A DNA stretch of 64,000 nt from Draconibacterium orientale (GTDB lineage Bacteria; Bacteroidota; Bacteroidia; Bacteroidales; JAADGE01): NCBI GenBank assembly GCA_020721645.1, contig DYMH01000002.1, positions 4,793-68,792 on the forward strand. Direction: 5' to 3'. Both the position numbers and the translations under genes were made by a program. Each line of letters starts with the position of its first letter. Position 1 is the stretch's first letter. The notes beneath the pieces are model-generated. The model had not been told where the DNA came from, did no database searches, and saw only the letters and a list, made by a program, of their open reading frames with translations. Positions 18,478 through 25,952 of this stretch are shown here, one piece after another.

Positions 18478-20403
18478 ATGATGTTAGCAACCGATATAAA
18501 ACCACTTTTAAAAAATTTCAACGAATACAAAACGGGGAAATCGGAATTAAAAGCAGAGTTTAAAGAAAAAAATCCGACAAAACCTGTTATTTACGTTGGA
18601 GCCGGAACCTGCGGATTGGCAGCCGGAGCAGACAAAACTCTGGCAAAAGTTCGCGAATATTTAAAAAATAAAAACATAGAAGCCGATGTAACCGAAACCG
18701 GATGCATCGGTTTGTGTTCTTCCGAACCATTGATGGACGTTCAAATTCCGGGTTTTAACCGAATTTCTTTCGAATTTGTAAGCGAAGACAAAGTTGAAGG
18801 AATTTTAGACCAAATTTTTGCCTTAAACACTCCAAAATCCAATATTTTGGCTCAATTCAGAAGCAAAGATTTCAGAATTTGGGAAAATGTTCAATTTTTA
18901 GACGAACATCCTTTTTTCAAACCGCAAATGAGATTTGTACTGAAAAATTGCGGAATTATCAATCCGGGAAGCATCGAAGAATATATTTTGCGAGGCGGAT
19001 ATGCGGCTCTTTTAAAAACATATTCCGATTATCAACCGGTTGATATTTGCGACATTATAGAAAAAAGCGGCTTACGCGGACGCGGCGGCGGTGGATTTCT
19101 CACCGGACGAAAATGGAAATTTGCTTTGGGAACCGAAAGCGATCATAAATACCTGATTTGCAATGCAGACGAAGGCGACCCCGGAGCATTTATGGACCGT
19201 GCCGTGATTGAAGGCGACCCGCACCGATTGATTGAAGGTATGGCAATTGCTGCCTACGCAATCGGAGCCGAAACCGGAATCGTATATATTCGTGCTGAAT
19301 ATCCGCTGGCTATCAAACGTTTGAAAGTTGCTCTGAAACAAGCAAAAGAAAACGGTTTGCTCGGCGATAATATTCTGGGAACAGGCAAAAAATTGGAAAT
19401 CAAAATAAAAATGGGTGCCGGTGCATTTGTTTGCGGCGAAGAAACCGCTATGATTCACAGCATCGAAGGAAAACGAGGAATGCCTCGTCCTCGCCCGCTT
19501 TTTCCGGCTGTCAGCGGATTGTTTGGGAAACCTACTGTTATTAATAACGTGGAAACTTTGGCAAACGTACCGTACATTCTTGAAAATGGTGCCGAATCGT
19601 TCAATTCTCTTGGAACCGAAAAAAGTAAAGGAACAAAAGTTTTTGCACTGTCCGGAAAAATTTCACTCACCGGTTTGGTCGAAATTCCGATGGGAACCAC
19701 CGTTCGCGAAGTGCTTTTCGGAATTGCCGGCGGCATAAAAAACGGAAAAAAATTCAAAGCCGTACAAATCGGCGGACCTTCCGGAGGGTGCATCACAGAG
19801 CAAAATCTGGATATTCAAATCGACTACGAATCACTGATTCAAGCAGGTGCCATGATGGGTTCCGGAGGTTTGGTGGTGATGGACGAAGACAATTGCATGG
19901 TCGATGTGGCAAAATTTTTCATGGATTTTATTCAACGCGAAAGCTGCGGAAAATGTATTCCGTGCCGAGAAGGAACAGCCCGAATGCTCGAAATTCTCGA
20001 AAACATCACCCACAAACCCGGCTCGGGCGAAAGCCACAGTGCTTTGGAGCGCATTAACGGTGTGATTCAACTCGAAAAACTCGGTCAGGTGATTAAAGAA
20101 ACATCGCTTTGCGGACTCGGACAAACGGCTCCAAATCCCGTTCTCAGCACCTTGCGTTGGTTTCGGCACGAATACGAGCAACATATTTTCGATCGTAAAT
20201 GCGCTGCCGGTGTATGCACCGAATTGCGTACTTTTAAAATTGATGTTGATAAATGTACCGGCTGCACCATTTGTGCCAAAAAATGCCCAACAGGAGCTAT
20301 TATCGGCGGGAAAAAAACACCGCATTTTATTATCGAAGAAAAATGTATCGCCTGCGGTGCCTGCGATGAAGCCTGTAAATTTGATGCAATTTTAATTTTT
20401 TAA
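18478..20403 (+). CDS. hydB: [FeFe] hydrogenase flavoprotein subunit, NuoF/HndC-like (FMN, NADH, Fe-S)
   Basis: 641 aa. N-terminal thioredoxin-like domain; SGLRGRGGGGFLTGRKW; CNADEGDPGAF; ESCGKCIPCREG; C-terminal 2x[4Fe-4S] (CTGCTICAKKCP, CIACGACDEAC). Confidence 0.9.
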   Translation: MMLATDIKPLLKNFNEYKTGKSELKAEFKEKNPTKPVIYVGAGTCGLAAGADKTLAKVREYLKNKNIEADVTETGCIGLCSSEPLMDVQIPGFNRISFEFVSEDKVEGILDQIFALNTPKSNILAQFRSKDFRIWENVQFLDEHPFFKPQMRFVLKNCGIINPGSIEEYILRGGYAALLKTYSDYQPVDICDIIEKSGLRGRGGGGFLTGRKWKFALGTESDHKYLICNADEGDPGAFMDRAVIEGDPHRLIEGMAIAAYAIGAETGIVYIRAEYPLAIKRLKVALKQAKENGLLGDNILGTGKKLEIKIKMGAGAFVCGEETAMIHSIEGKRGMPRPRPLFPAVSGLFGKPTVINNVETLANVPYILENGAESFNSLGTEKSKGTKVFALSGKISLTGLVEIPMGTTVREVLFGIAGGIKNGKKFKAVQIGGPSGGCITEQNLDIQIDYESLIQAGAMMGSGGLVVMDEDNCMVDVAKFFMDFIQRESCGKCIPCREGTARMLEILENITHKPGSGESHSALERINGVIQLEKLGQVIKETSLCGLGQTAPNPVLSTLRWFRHEYEQHIFDRKCAAGVCTELRTFKIDVDKCTGCTICAKKCPTGAIIGGKKTPHFIIEEKCIACGACDEACKFDAILIF

Positions 20404-20407
20404 AATT

Positions 20408-20493
20408 CAGACACAAGATTCGAGATACAAGACACAAGATAATTGAAAATATTTAATTTTTTTCTTGATACTTGATACTAAATACTTGATATT
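20408..20493. repeat. Intercistronic AGACACAAG-family repeat plus partially complementary CTTGATA words
   Basis: cagacacaagattcgagatacaagacacaagat ... tcttgatacttgatactaaatacttgatatt. The left part is homologous to 24269-24294 and 38976-39006. Confidence 0.7.
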
Positions 20494-20505
20494 AAAAACT
20501 AAATC

Positions 20506-22230
20506 ATGAACTTCAATATCGAAATAAATAATAAAACGGTTGAAGCCGTACAAGGCGAAACTATTTTGGATACTTTAAAACGAAACGGCGTAAAAGTTCC
20601 CACTTTGTGTCATCTCAAAGGCATGTTGCCAACCGGAGCCTGCCGAATTTGTATCGTAGAAAACGAAACAACCGGAAAATTGATTCCTTCGTGCTCGCAA
20701 CCCGTGGAAACAGGAATGAAAATTCTCACACATTCGCCTCGTGTGAACGAATCGCGAAAAACGATTATCGAACTTTTGTTGTCGAATCACCCTGACGATT
20801 GTTTGTATTGTGTACGAAACAAGAATTGCGAATTGCAAGACTTGGCAGAAACATATCAAGTGCGTGAAAGACGCATCAGAGGCAAAAAAAACAAACATCA
20901 TTTGGATCTTTCCGGAACGTCAATTGTTCGCGATCCCGCCAAATGTATCCTGTGCGAGCGATGTGTGCGAGTGTGCGATGAAGTTATGGGAGTTTCGGCA
21001 ATCGAAATATTGTATCGAGGAAGTAATTCTGTTGTTGGAACAGCTTTCAACAAAGGATTAAATACATCGAGTTGCATTAATTGCGGTCAATGTATTATGG
21101 TTTGCCCAACGGGTGCTCTGAGCGAAAAAAGCCATTTCCCCGAATTAATTGAAGCTCTGAAAGATAAGAAAAAGAAAGTTGTGGTTCAATATGCTCCTTC
21201 GATTACGGTTTCTTTGGCTGAGGAATTTAATATGAAGCCGGGCGAAGACATTAACGGATTGTTAAATGCCGCTTTGCGAAAAATCGGTTTCGATAATGTT
21301 TTTGATACCACATTTACTGCCGATTTGACCATTATGGAAGAATCTGCCGAGTTGATACAACGCATAACGGAAAACAAAAATCTGCCGCTCATCACGAGTT
21401 GTTGCCCGGGCTGGGTGAAATATGCCGAAGAATTTGCTGATGATTTTATTCCGAATATTTCATCGTGTAAATCGCCCCAACAAATGATGGGAGCTGTAAT
21501 TAAATCATATTTTGCCCAACAAATCAATACAAAACCCGAAGAAATTTATTCGGTTTCGATAATGCCTTGCACGGCAAAGAAATTTGAAATGCAACGGGTT
21601 GAAATGAACAGAAACGGAATCAACGATGTTGATGCTGTTCTCACAACACGCGAAATATCGAAATTATTCAAACTTTTTGGTATCGACATAAAATCTTTAG
21701 AACCCGAAACCGCCGATTCTCCAATGGGAATCCGCAGTACGGCAGGAAAATTGTTTGCAAATACGGGAGGCGTGATGGAAGCTGCATTGCGAACAGCACA
21801 TTTCAAACTTACGGGAAAAGAATTGGTGAATTTCAAAATTCCCCAAGTTCGCGGTCTGGACGGAATTAAAGAAGCCAAAATGACTATTGCCGGAATAGAA
21901 GTGGGAGTAGCCGTGGTGAGCGGATTGGCAAATGCACAAAAATTATTGCAGGAAATTCGCAACGGACGAAAAGACCTTCATTTTATTGAAATTATGGCTT
22001 GCCCCGGAGGCTGTATCAGCGGAGGCGGACAACCAATCAACAGCGATGAATCGATACTCAGAAGCCGTATTAAGGCGATATATGCTATCGACCATCGAGA
22101 ATCGATAAAAGTATCGCACAAAAATCCGGAAATTATCGAAATTTATCAAAATTTCCTCGAAAAACCACTCAGTCATAAAAGCCACGAATTACTCCACACT
22201 CACTACGAAAAACGTGATGTACTTAAATAA
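20506..22230 (+). CDS. hydA: [FeFe] hydrogenase catalytic subunit (M3-type, group A; bifurcating-type by gene context)
   Basis: 574 aa. N-terminal 2Fe-2S (CHLKGMLPTGACRIC), HPDDCLYCVRNKNC, two Fer4 motifs. H-cluster motifs TSCCPGWV, MPCTAKKFE, EIMACPGGCISGGGQP. Confidence 0.92.
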   Translation: MNFNIEINNKTVEAVQGETILDTLKRNGVKVPTLCHLKGMLPTGACRICIVENETTGKLIPSCSQPVETGMKILTHSPRVNESRKTIIELLLSNHPDDCLYCVRNKNCELQDLAETYQVRERRIRGKKNKHHLDLSGTSIVRDPAKCILCERCVRVCDEVMGVSAIEILYRGSNSVVGTAFNKGLNTSSCINCGQCIMVCPTGALSEKSHFPELIEALKDKKKKVVVQYAPSITVSLAEEFNMKPGEDINGLLNAALRKIGFDNVFDTTFTADLTIMEESAELIQRITENKNLPLITSCCPGWVKYAEEFADDFIPNISSCKSPQQMMGAVIKSYFAQQINTKPEEIYSVSIMPCTAKKFEMQRVEMNRNGINDVDAVLTTREISKLFKLFGIDIKSLEPETADSPMGIRSTAGKLFANTGGVMEAALRTAHFKLTGKELVNFKIPQVRGLDGIKEAKMTIAGIEVGVAVVSGLANAQKLLQEIRNGRKDLHFIEIMACPGGCISGGGQPINSDESILRSRIKAIYAIDHRESIKVSHKNPEIIEIYQNFLEKPLSHKSHELLHTHYEKRDVLK

Positions 22231-22259
22231 TTGATAATTCATAATTCATAATTAATAAG

Positions 22260-24260
22260 GTGCCTGTTTACAACGATACATTTCCGCTTGTTTTTACCGT
22301 CAAAGGTCGATGCCGTGTGTGTTACACGTGCATCCGGGAATGTCCGGTGAAGGCGATAAAAATCATCAACGGACAAGCCGAAATCATTACCGAACGCTGT
22401 ATTGCCTGCGGAAACTGTGTAAGAGTTTGCAGTCAGGAGGCAAAGGCATTTGCAAAATCCATCGACCGAGTTTGGCATTTGCTCGAATCGGACGAAAAAA
22501 CGGCAGCGGTTATCGCACCTGCATTTCCCGCCGAATTTGACGAGTTGCCTGATTATCGAAATTTGGTAGGTGCACTTCGTTCTTTGGGATTCGATTATGT
22601 GATAGAAACCGCATTCGGTGCGGATATCGTGGGACGAGAATATTCCCGTTTGTTGAAGAAAAACACGGAAGGAACAGTCATTTCCTCCGATTGCCCGGCG
22701 ATTGTCAATTATATCACATATTATCACCCCGAACTTTCGGAAAAGCTTGCTCCAATTGATTCTCCGATTATGGCAGCTGTGAAAGTAGTGAAGAAAAAAT
22801 ACGGCGATAATGTAAAAATTGTGTTTATCGGTCCGTGTATTGCCAAGAAATTGGAATTGGAAGACCCCAATGAAGTTCTTACTTTTTCGGAATTGCGGGA
22901 AATGTTCGATATGCAGAAAATTGATATTTCACAATCAGAAATTTCGGAATTCGACGAACCTTTTGCCGGAAACGGAGCTGTTTTCCCGATTAGTCGAGGT
23001 TTATTAAGAAATTTGCGAAAACCGGAACATATTACCGAAAGTGATGTTATAGTAACTCACGGACATGTTAATTTTCGAGATGCAGTTGATGAATTTAGAG
23101 AGGGTGATGTTGATTGTAAATACATGGAACTCTTGTGTTGTAATGGGTGCATTATGGGACCCGGAATGACGAAAAAGGGACAACGTTTTAAAAAACGAAC
23201 ATTGATTACAAATTATGTTCGCGAAAAACTCAAAAAACTCGATAAACCCACCTGGCGAAAAGAAATGACTCAATATGAAGATATTGACTTCAGCCGAACA
23301 TTCGATGGTTACAAACATCAAACTAAACTGCAACTGAAAAAAGAAGAAATTCAGGAAGTTTTGTTGAAAATGGGGAAAACCAAGCCCGAAGATCATCTCA
23401 ATTGCGGAGCTTGCGGATATGCCACATGTTTGCTGCATGCCGAGGCAATTGTGGAAGGACTTGCCGAAACCGAAATGTGTTTGCCCTACACCATCGAAAA
23501 ATTGCACGAAACGGTTGAGAAAATGGACCTTACAAATAAAAAATTGTCATCGGCTCGTCAGGCTTTAAAACAATCGGAAAAATTGGCAGGAATGGGACAA
23601 CTTTCTGCCGGAATTGCACACGAACTAAACAATCCGCTCGGTGTTATTACAATGTACAGTAATTTGTTATTGGAAGAAGCAAATCCGGATTCGCAAATGT
23701 ATGCCGATTTGAAATTGATTGCCGAACAAGCCTGCCGATGTAAAAATATTGTCGGTGGATTGCTCAATTTTGCCAGAAAAAATCAGGTGAAAACAACAGA
23801 ATGCAATTTTACCGAATTTGTAAAAAGCAGCATTTCTTCAATTTTAAAACCTGATAATATCAGCGTTTTATTTGATTCGAAACTTACAAATCCGAAAGTA
23901 AATATCGACATCGAACAAATGATGCAAGTGCTTACGAATCTCGAAAAAAATGCAGTGGAAGCAATGTCCGACGGCGGCGAATTGATGATTCGTATTTCCG
24001 AAGAAGGCAACAGTGTGATTTTGGAAGTAGAAGACACCGGAACAGGAATATCGAAAGAAAATATGGACAAAATTTTCACGCCGTTTTTCACAACAAAAGA
24101 ATTCGGAAAAGGAACAGGGCTCGGACTTCCGCTGATTTACGGAATTATAAAAATGCACATGGGAAAAATTTCCGTTGAATCGAACGATAAACCCGAAAAC
24201 GGACCGACCGGAACAAAATTTATTATCAGATTACCTCGAAATTTTCAATTCAATACTTAA
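22260..24260 (+). CDS. hydS: HydS-like sensory [FeFe]-hydrogenase domain fused to a histidine kinase (Fer4 + H-domain-like + Cx2Cx4Cx16C Fe-S motif + HisKA + HATPase_c)
   Basis: 666 aa with a GTG start. CRVCYTCIRECP and CIACGNCVRVC; H-domain-like motifs SSDCPAIVNY, GPCIAKKLE, ELLCCNGCIMGPG aligning with the HydA motifs; CGACGYATC-x16-C; then H-box SAGIAHELNNPLG and N/G boxes (NLEKNAVEAM, DTGTGI, GKGTGLGLP). Confidence 0.85.
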   Translation: MPVYNDTFPLVFTVKGRCRVCYTCIRECPVKAIKIINGQAEIITERCIACGNCVRVCSQEAKAFAKSIDRVWHLLESDEKTAAVIAPAFPAEFDELPDYRNLVGALRSLGFDYVIETAFGADIVGREYSRLLKKNTEGTVISSDCPAIVNYITYYHPELSEKLAPIDSPIMAAVKVVKKKYGDNVKIVFIGPCIAKKLELEDPNEVLTFSELREMFDMQKIDISQSEISEFDEPFAGNGAVFPISRGLLRNLRKPEHITESDVIVTHGHVNFRDAVDEFREGDVDCKYMELLCCNGCIMGPGMTKKGQRFKKRTLITNYVREKLKKLDKPTWRKEMTQYEDIDFSRTFDGYKHQTKLQLKKEEIQEVLLKMGKTKPEDHLNCGACGYATCLLHAEAIVEGLAETEMCLPYTIEKLHETVEKMDLTNKKLSSARQALKQSEKLAGMGQLSAGIAHELNNPLGVITMYSNLLLEEANPDSQMYADLKLIAEQACRCKNIVGGLLNFARKNQVKTTECNFTEFVKSSISSILKPDNISVLFDSKLTNPKVNIDIEQMMQVLTNLEKNAVEAMSDGGELMIRISEEGNSVILEVEDTGTGISKENMDKIFTPFFTTKEFGKGTGLGLPLIYGIIKMHMGKISVESNDKPENGPTGTKFIIRLPRNFQFNT

Positions 24261-24353
24261 CAGAGAAAAGACATAAGATTTTAGACACAAGACAATAAAT
24301 CTGTTTAACAATTTATTATTCTAATTACTAACTACTAATTACTAAATACGACA
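24261..24353 (+). repeat. Composite intercistronic cassette, copy A (AGACA[T/C]AAG words, small hairpin, TAATTACTAA-type words)
   Basis: Both ends are homologous to 38974-39076. aaagacataagattttagacacaagaca matches acagacacaagattttagacacaagaca, and attctaattactaactactaattactaa matches attctaaattctaactactaattcctaa. Confidence 0.8.
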
Positions 24354-24749
24354 ATGACTGAAATTAAAAAAAATATTCTCATCGTTGATGACGACCCCGA
24401 TTCTCTCGCTTTGATGACAATGCACGTTGAACGATTTGGTTTTAATGCCATTACGGCAGACAGCCAAAAAGCCGGCGAAGCAATTCTCGAAAAACAAAAA
24501 CCCGATTTAGCTATTCTGGATTTGATGATGGAAAAAGAAGACAGCGGTTTTATATTAGCATATCGCTTAAAACAAAAATATCCTGACGTTCCTGTTATTA
24601 TCGCAACAGCCGTTACAAAAGAAACCGGAATGGTTTTCGGAATCAATTACGAAGAAGAACGAAAATGGATTAAAGCCGATTTGTATCTCGAAAAAAATAT
24701 TCGTCCCGACCAATTACAGCGCGAAATTAACAGACTTTTGAAGCTGTAA
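24354..24749 (+). CDS. Stand-alone receiver-domain protein (CheY-like)
   Basis: 131 aa. Motifs: NILIVDDDPD, PDLAILDLMM, LEKNIRP. No output domain. Confidence 0.9.
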   Translation: MTEIKKNILIVDDDPDSLALMTMHVERFGFNAITADSQKAGEAILEKQKPDLAILDLMMEKEDSGFILAYRLKQKYPDVPVIIATAVTKETGMVFGINYEEERKWIKADLYLEKNIRPDQLQREINRLLKL

Positions 24750-24771
24750 AAAGTATAATGACGCAAGTATC

Positions 24772-24810
24772 AAGACACAAGAATGGGAAATGACTCATTT
24801 CTTGTGTCTT
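24772..24810 (+). promoter_or_regulatory. Perfect 12-bp intercistronic stem-loop of the AGACACAAG family
   Basis: AAGACACAAGAA (24772-24783) pairs with TTCTTGTGTCTT (24799-24810), with a 15-nt loop. The ORF-track ATG at 24783 begins at the last base of the left stem arm and runs into the loop. Confidence 0.75.
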
Positions 24811-24836
24811 TGGACTCACATCTCATATCAAAACAC

Positions 24837-25952
24837 ATGATACCATTAAAAGTTTTAGCGGTTGACGATGAATTTGGCATTCGCAAAGGCATCAGTCGAA
24901 TTTTAAACAATTTCAATGTCGATTTTCCGTTTTTGGAAGAAGCTTTTAATTACGAAATTATCGAAGTTGAAACCGGCGAATCGGCTCTCGAAATTCTAAA
25001 TTCAGAAAAAATTGATATTGTTTTGTTAGACAATCAATTGCCCGGTATTCACGGAACCGAAGTTTTGCAACAAATCAACGAACGCGGCTACGATTGTGCT
25101 GTGATGATGATAACGTCATACGCTTCACTTGAATTGGCTGTTGAAGCCACAAATAAAGGAGCTTTCAATTTTGTGCCGAAACCTTTTACGCCGCAAGAAT
25201 TGCGCGATGCGATTGAAAGCATCACCAAACACTTGTATTTGAAGCGAATGACACGCAAAATGAACGAGGAAGGACGCGAAACTCGTTTCCAATTTCTTTC
25301 GGTTCTTTCGCACGAGTTAAAATCGCCGATTAACGCAGTGGAAGGCTATTTGCGAATTATGCAGGACAAACAATTGGGCGAAAATATCGACGATTATCAA
25401 ACAATGCTCGGTCGTTCTTTGGAGCGCCTCAAAGGAATGCGCGGATTGATTTTCGATTTGCTTGATTTTACGCGGATTGAAAGCGGAAAGAAGAAACGCA
25501 ATTTACAAAAAATCGATATTATTAAAATAGCAAAAACATCGCTTGAATCAATAGAACCGGCGGCTTTGCAGAAAAATACAGAATTTATTTGCAATTTGCC
25601 CGAAGAATTGGAGATGACAGGCGACAGCGGCGAATTTGAGATTATTTTCAATAATTTGCTTTCCAATGCCGTGAAATACAACGTGAACAACGGGAAAGTG
25701 TTTTTTGTTATCAGCAACAATTCCGGGAAAATTCGCATTTCGGTAAAAGACACCGGAATAGGCATGAGTGCCGACGAAACCGCAGCATTGTTTAAAGATT
25801 TTGTTCGCATCAAAAACGAAAAAACAAAAAACATCACCGGCAGTGGCTTAGGTTTGTCGATTATGAAAAAAATCGTTGAAATGTACGGCGGAACAATTCA
25901 TGTGCTGAGCGAACCGGAAAAAGGAACAGAATTTATTGTTGATTTTCCGTAA
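24837..25952 (+). CDS. Hybrid receiver - histidine kinase (REC + HisKA + HATPase_c)
   Basis: Receiver (LKVLAVDDE, IDIVLLDNQLPG, FVPKPF), H-box LSVLSHELKSPIN, ATPase boxes (NLLSNAVKYN, DTGIGM, GSGLGLS). The ATG at 24837 is preferred over 24783 because of the hairpin. Confidence 0.85.
   Translation: MIPLKVLAVDDEFGIRKGISRILNNFNVDFPFLEEAFNYEIIEVETGESALEILNSEKIDIVLLDNQLPGIHGTEVLQQINERGYDCAVMMITSYASLELAVEATNKGAFNFVPKPFTPQELRDAIESITKHLYLKRMTRKMNEEGRETRFQFLSVLSHELKSPINAVEGYLRIMQDKQLGENIDDYQTMLGRSLERLKGMRGLIFDLLDFTRIESGKKKRNLQKIDIIKIAKTSLESIEPAALQKNTEFICNLPEELEMTGDSGEFEIIFNNLLSNAVKYNVNNGKVFFVISNNSGKIRISVKDTGIGMSADETAALFKDFVRIKNEKTKNITGSGLGLSIMKKIVEMYGGTIHVLSEPEKGTEFIVDFP

Noticed and set aside
17951-22230. 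Absence of hydE/hydF/hydG maturase genes next to the hydrogenase operon as an anomaly
   Set aside because: Maturase genes are frequently unlinked from structural genes, and a 64-kb window cannot show that they are absent from the genome.
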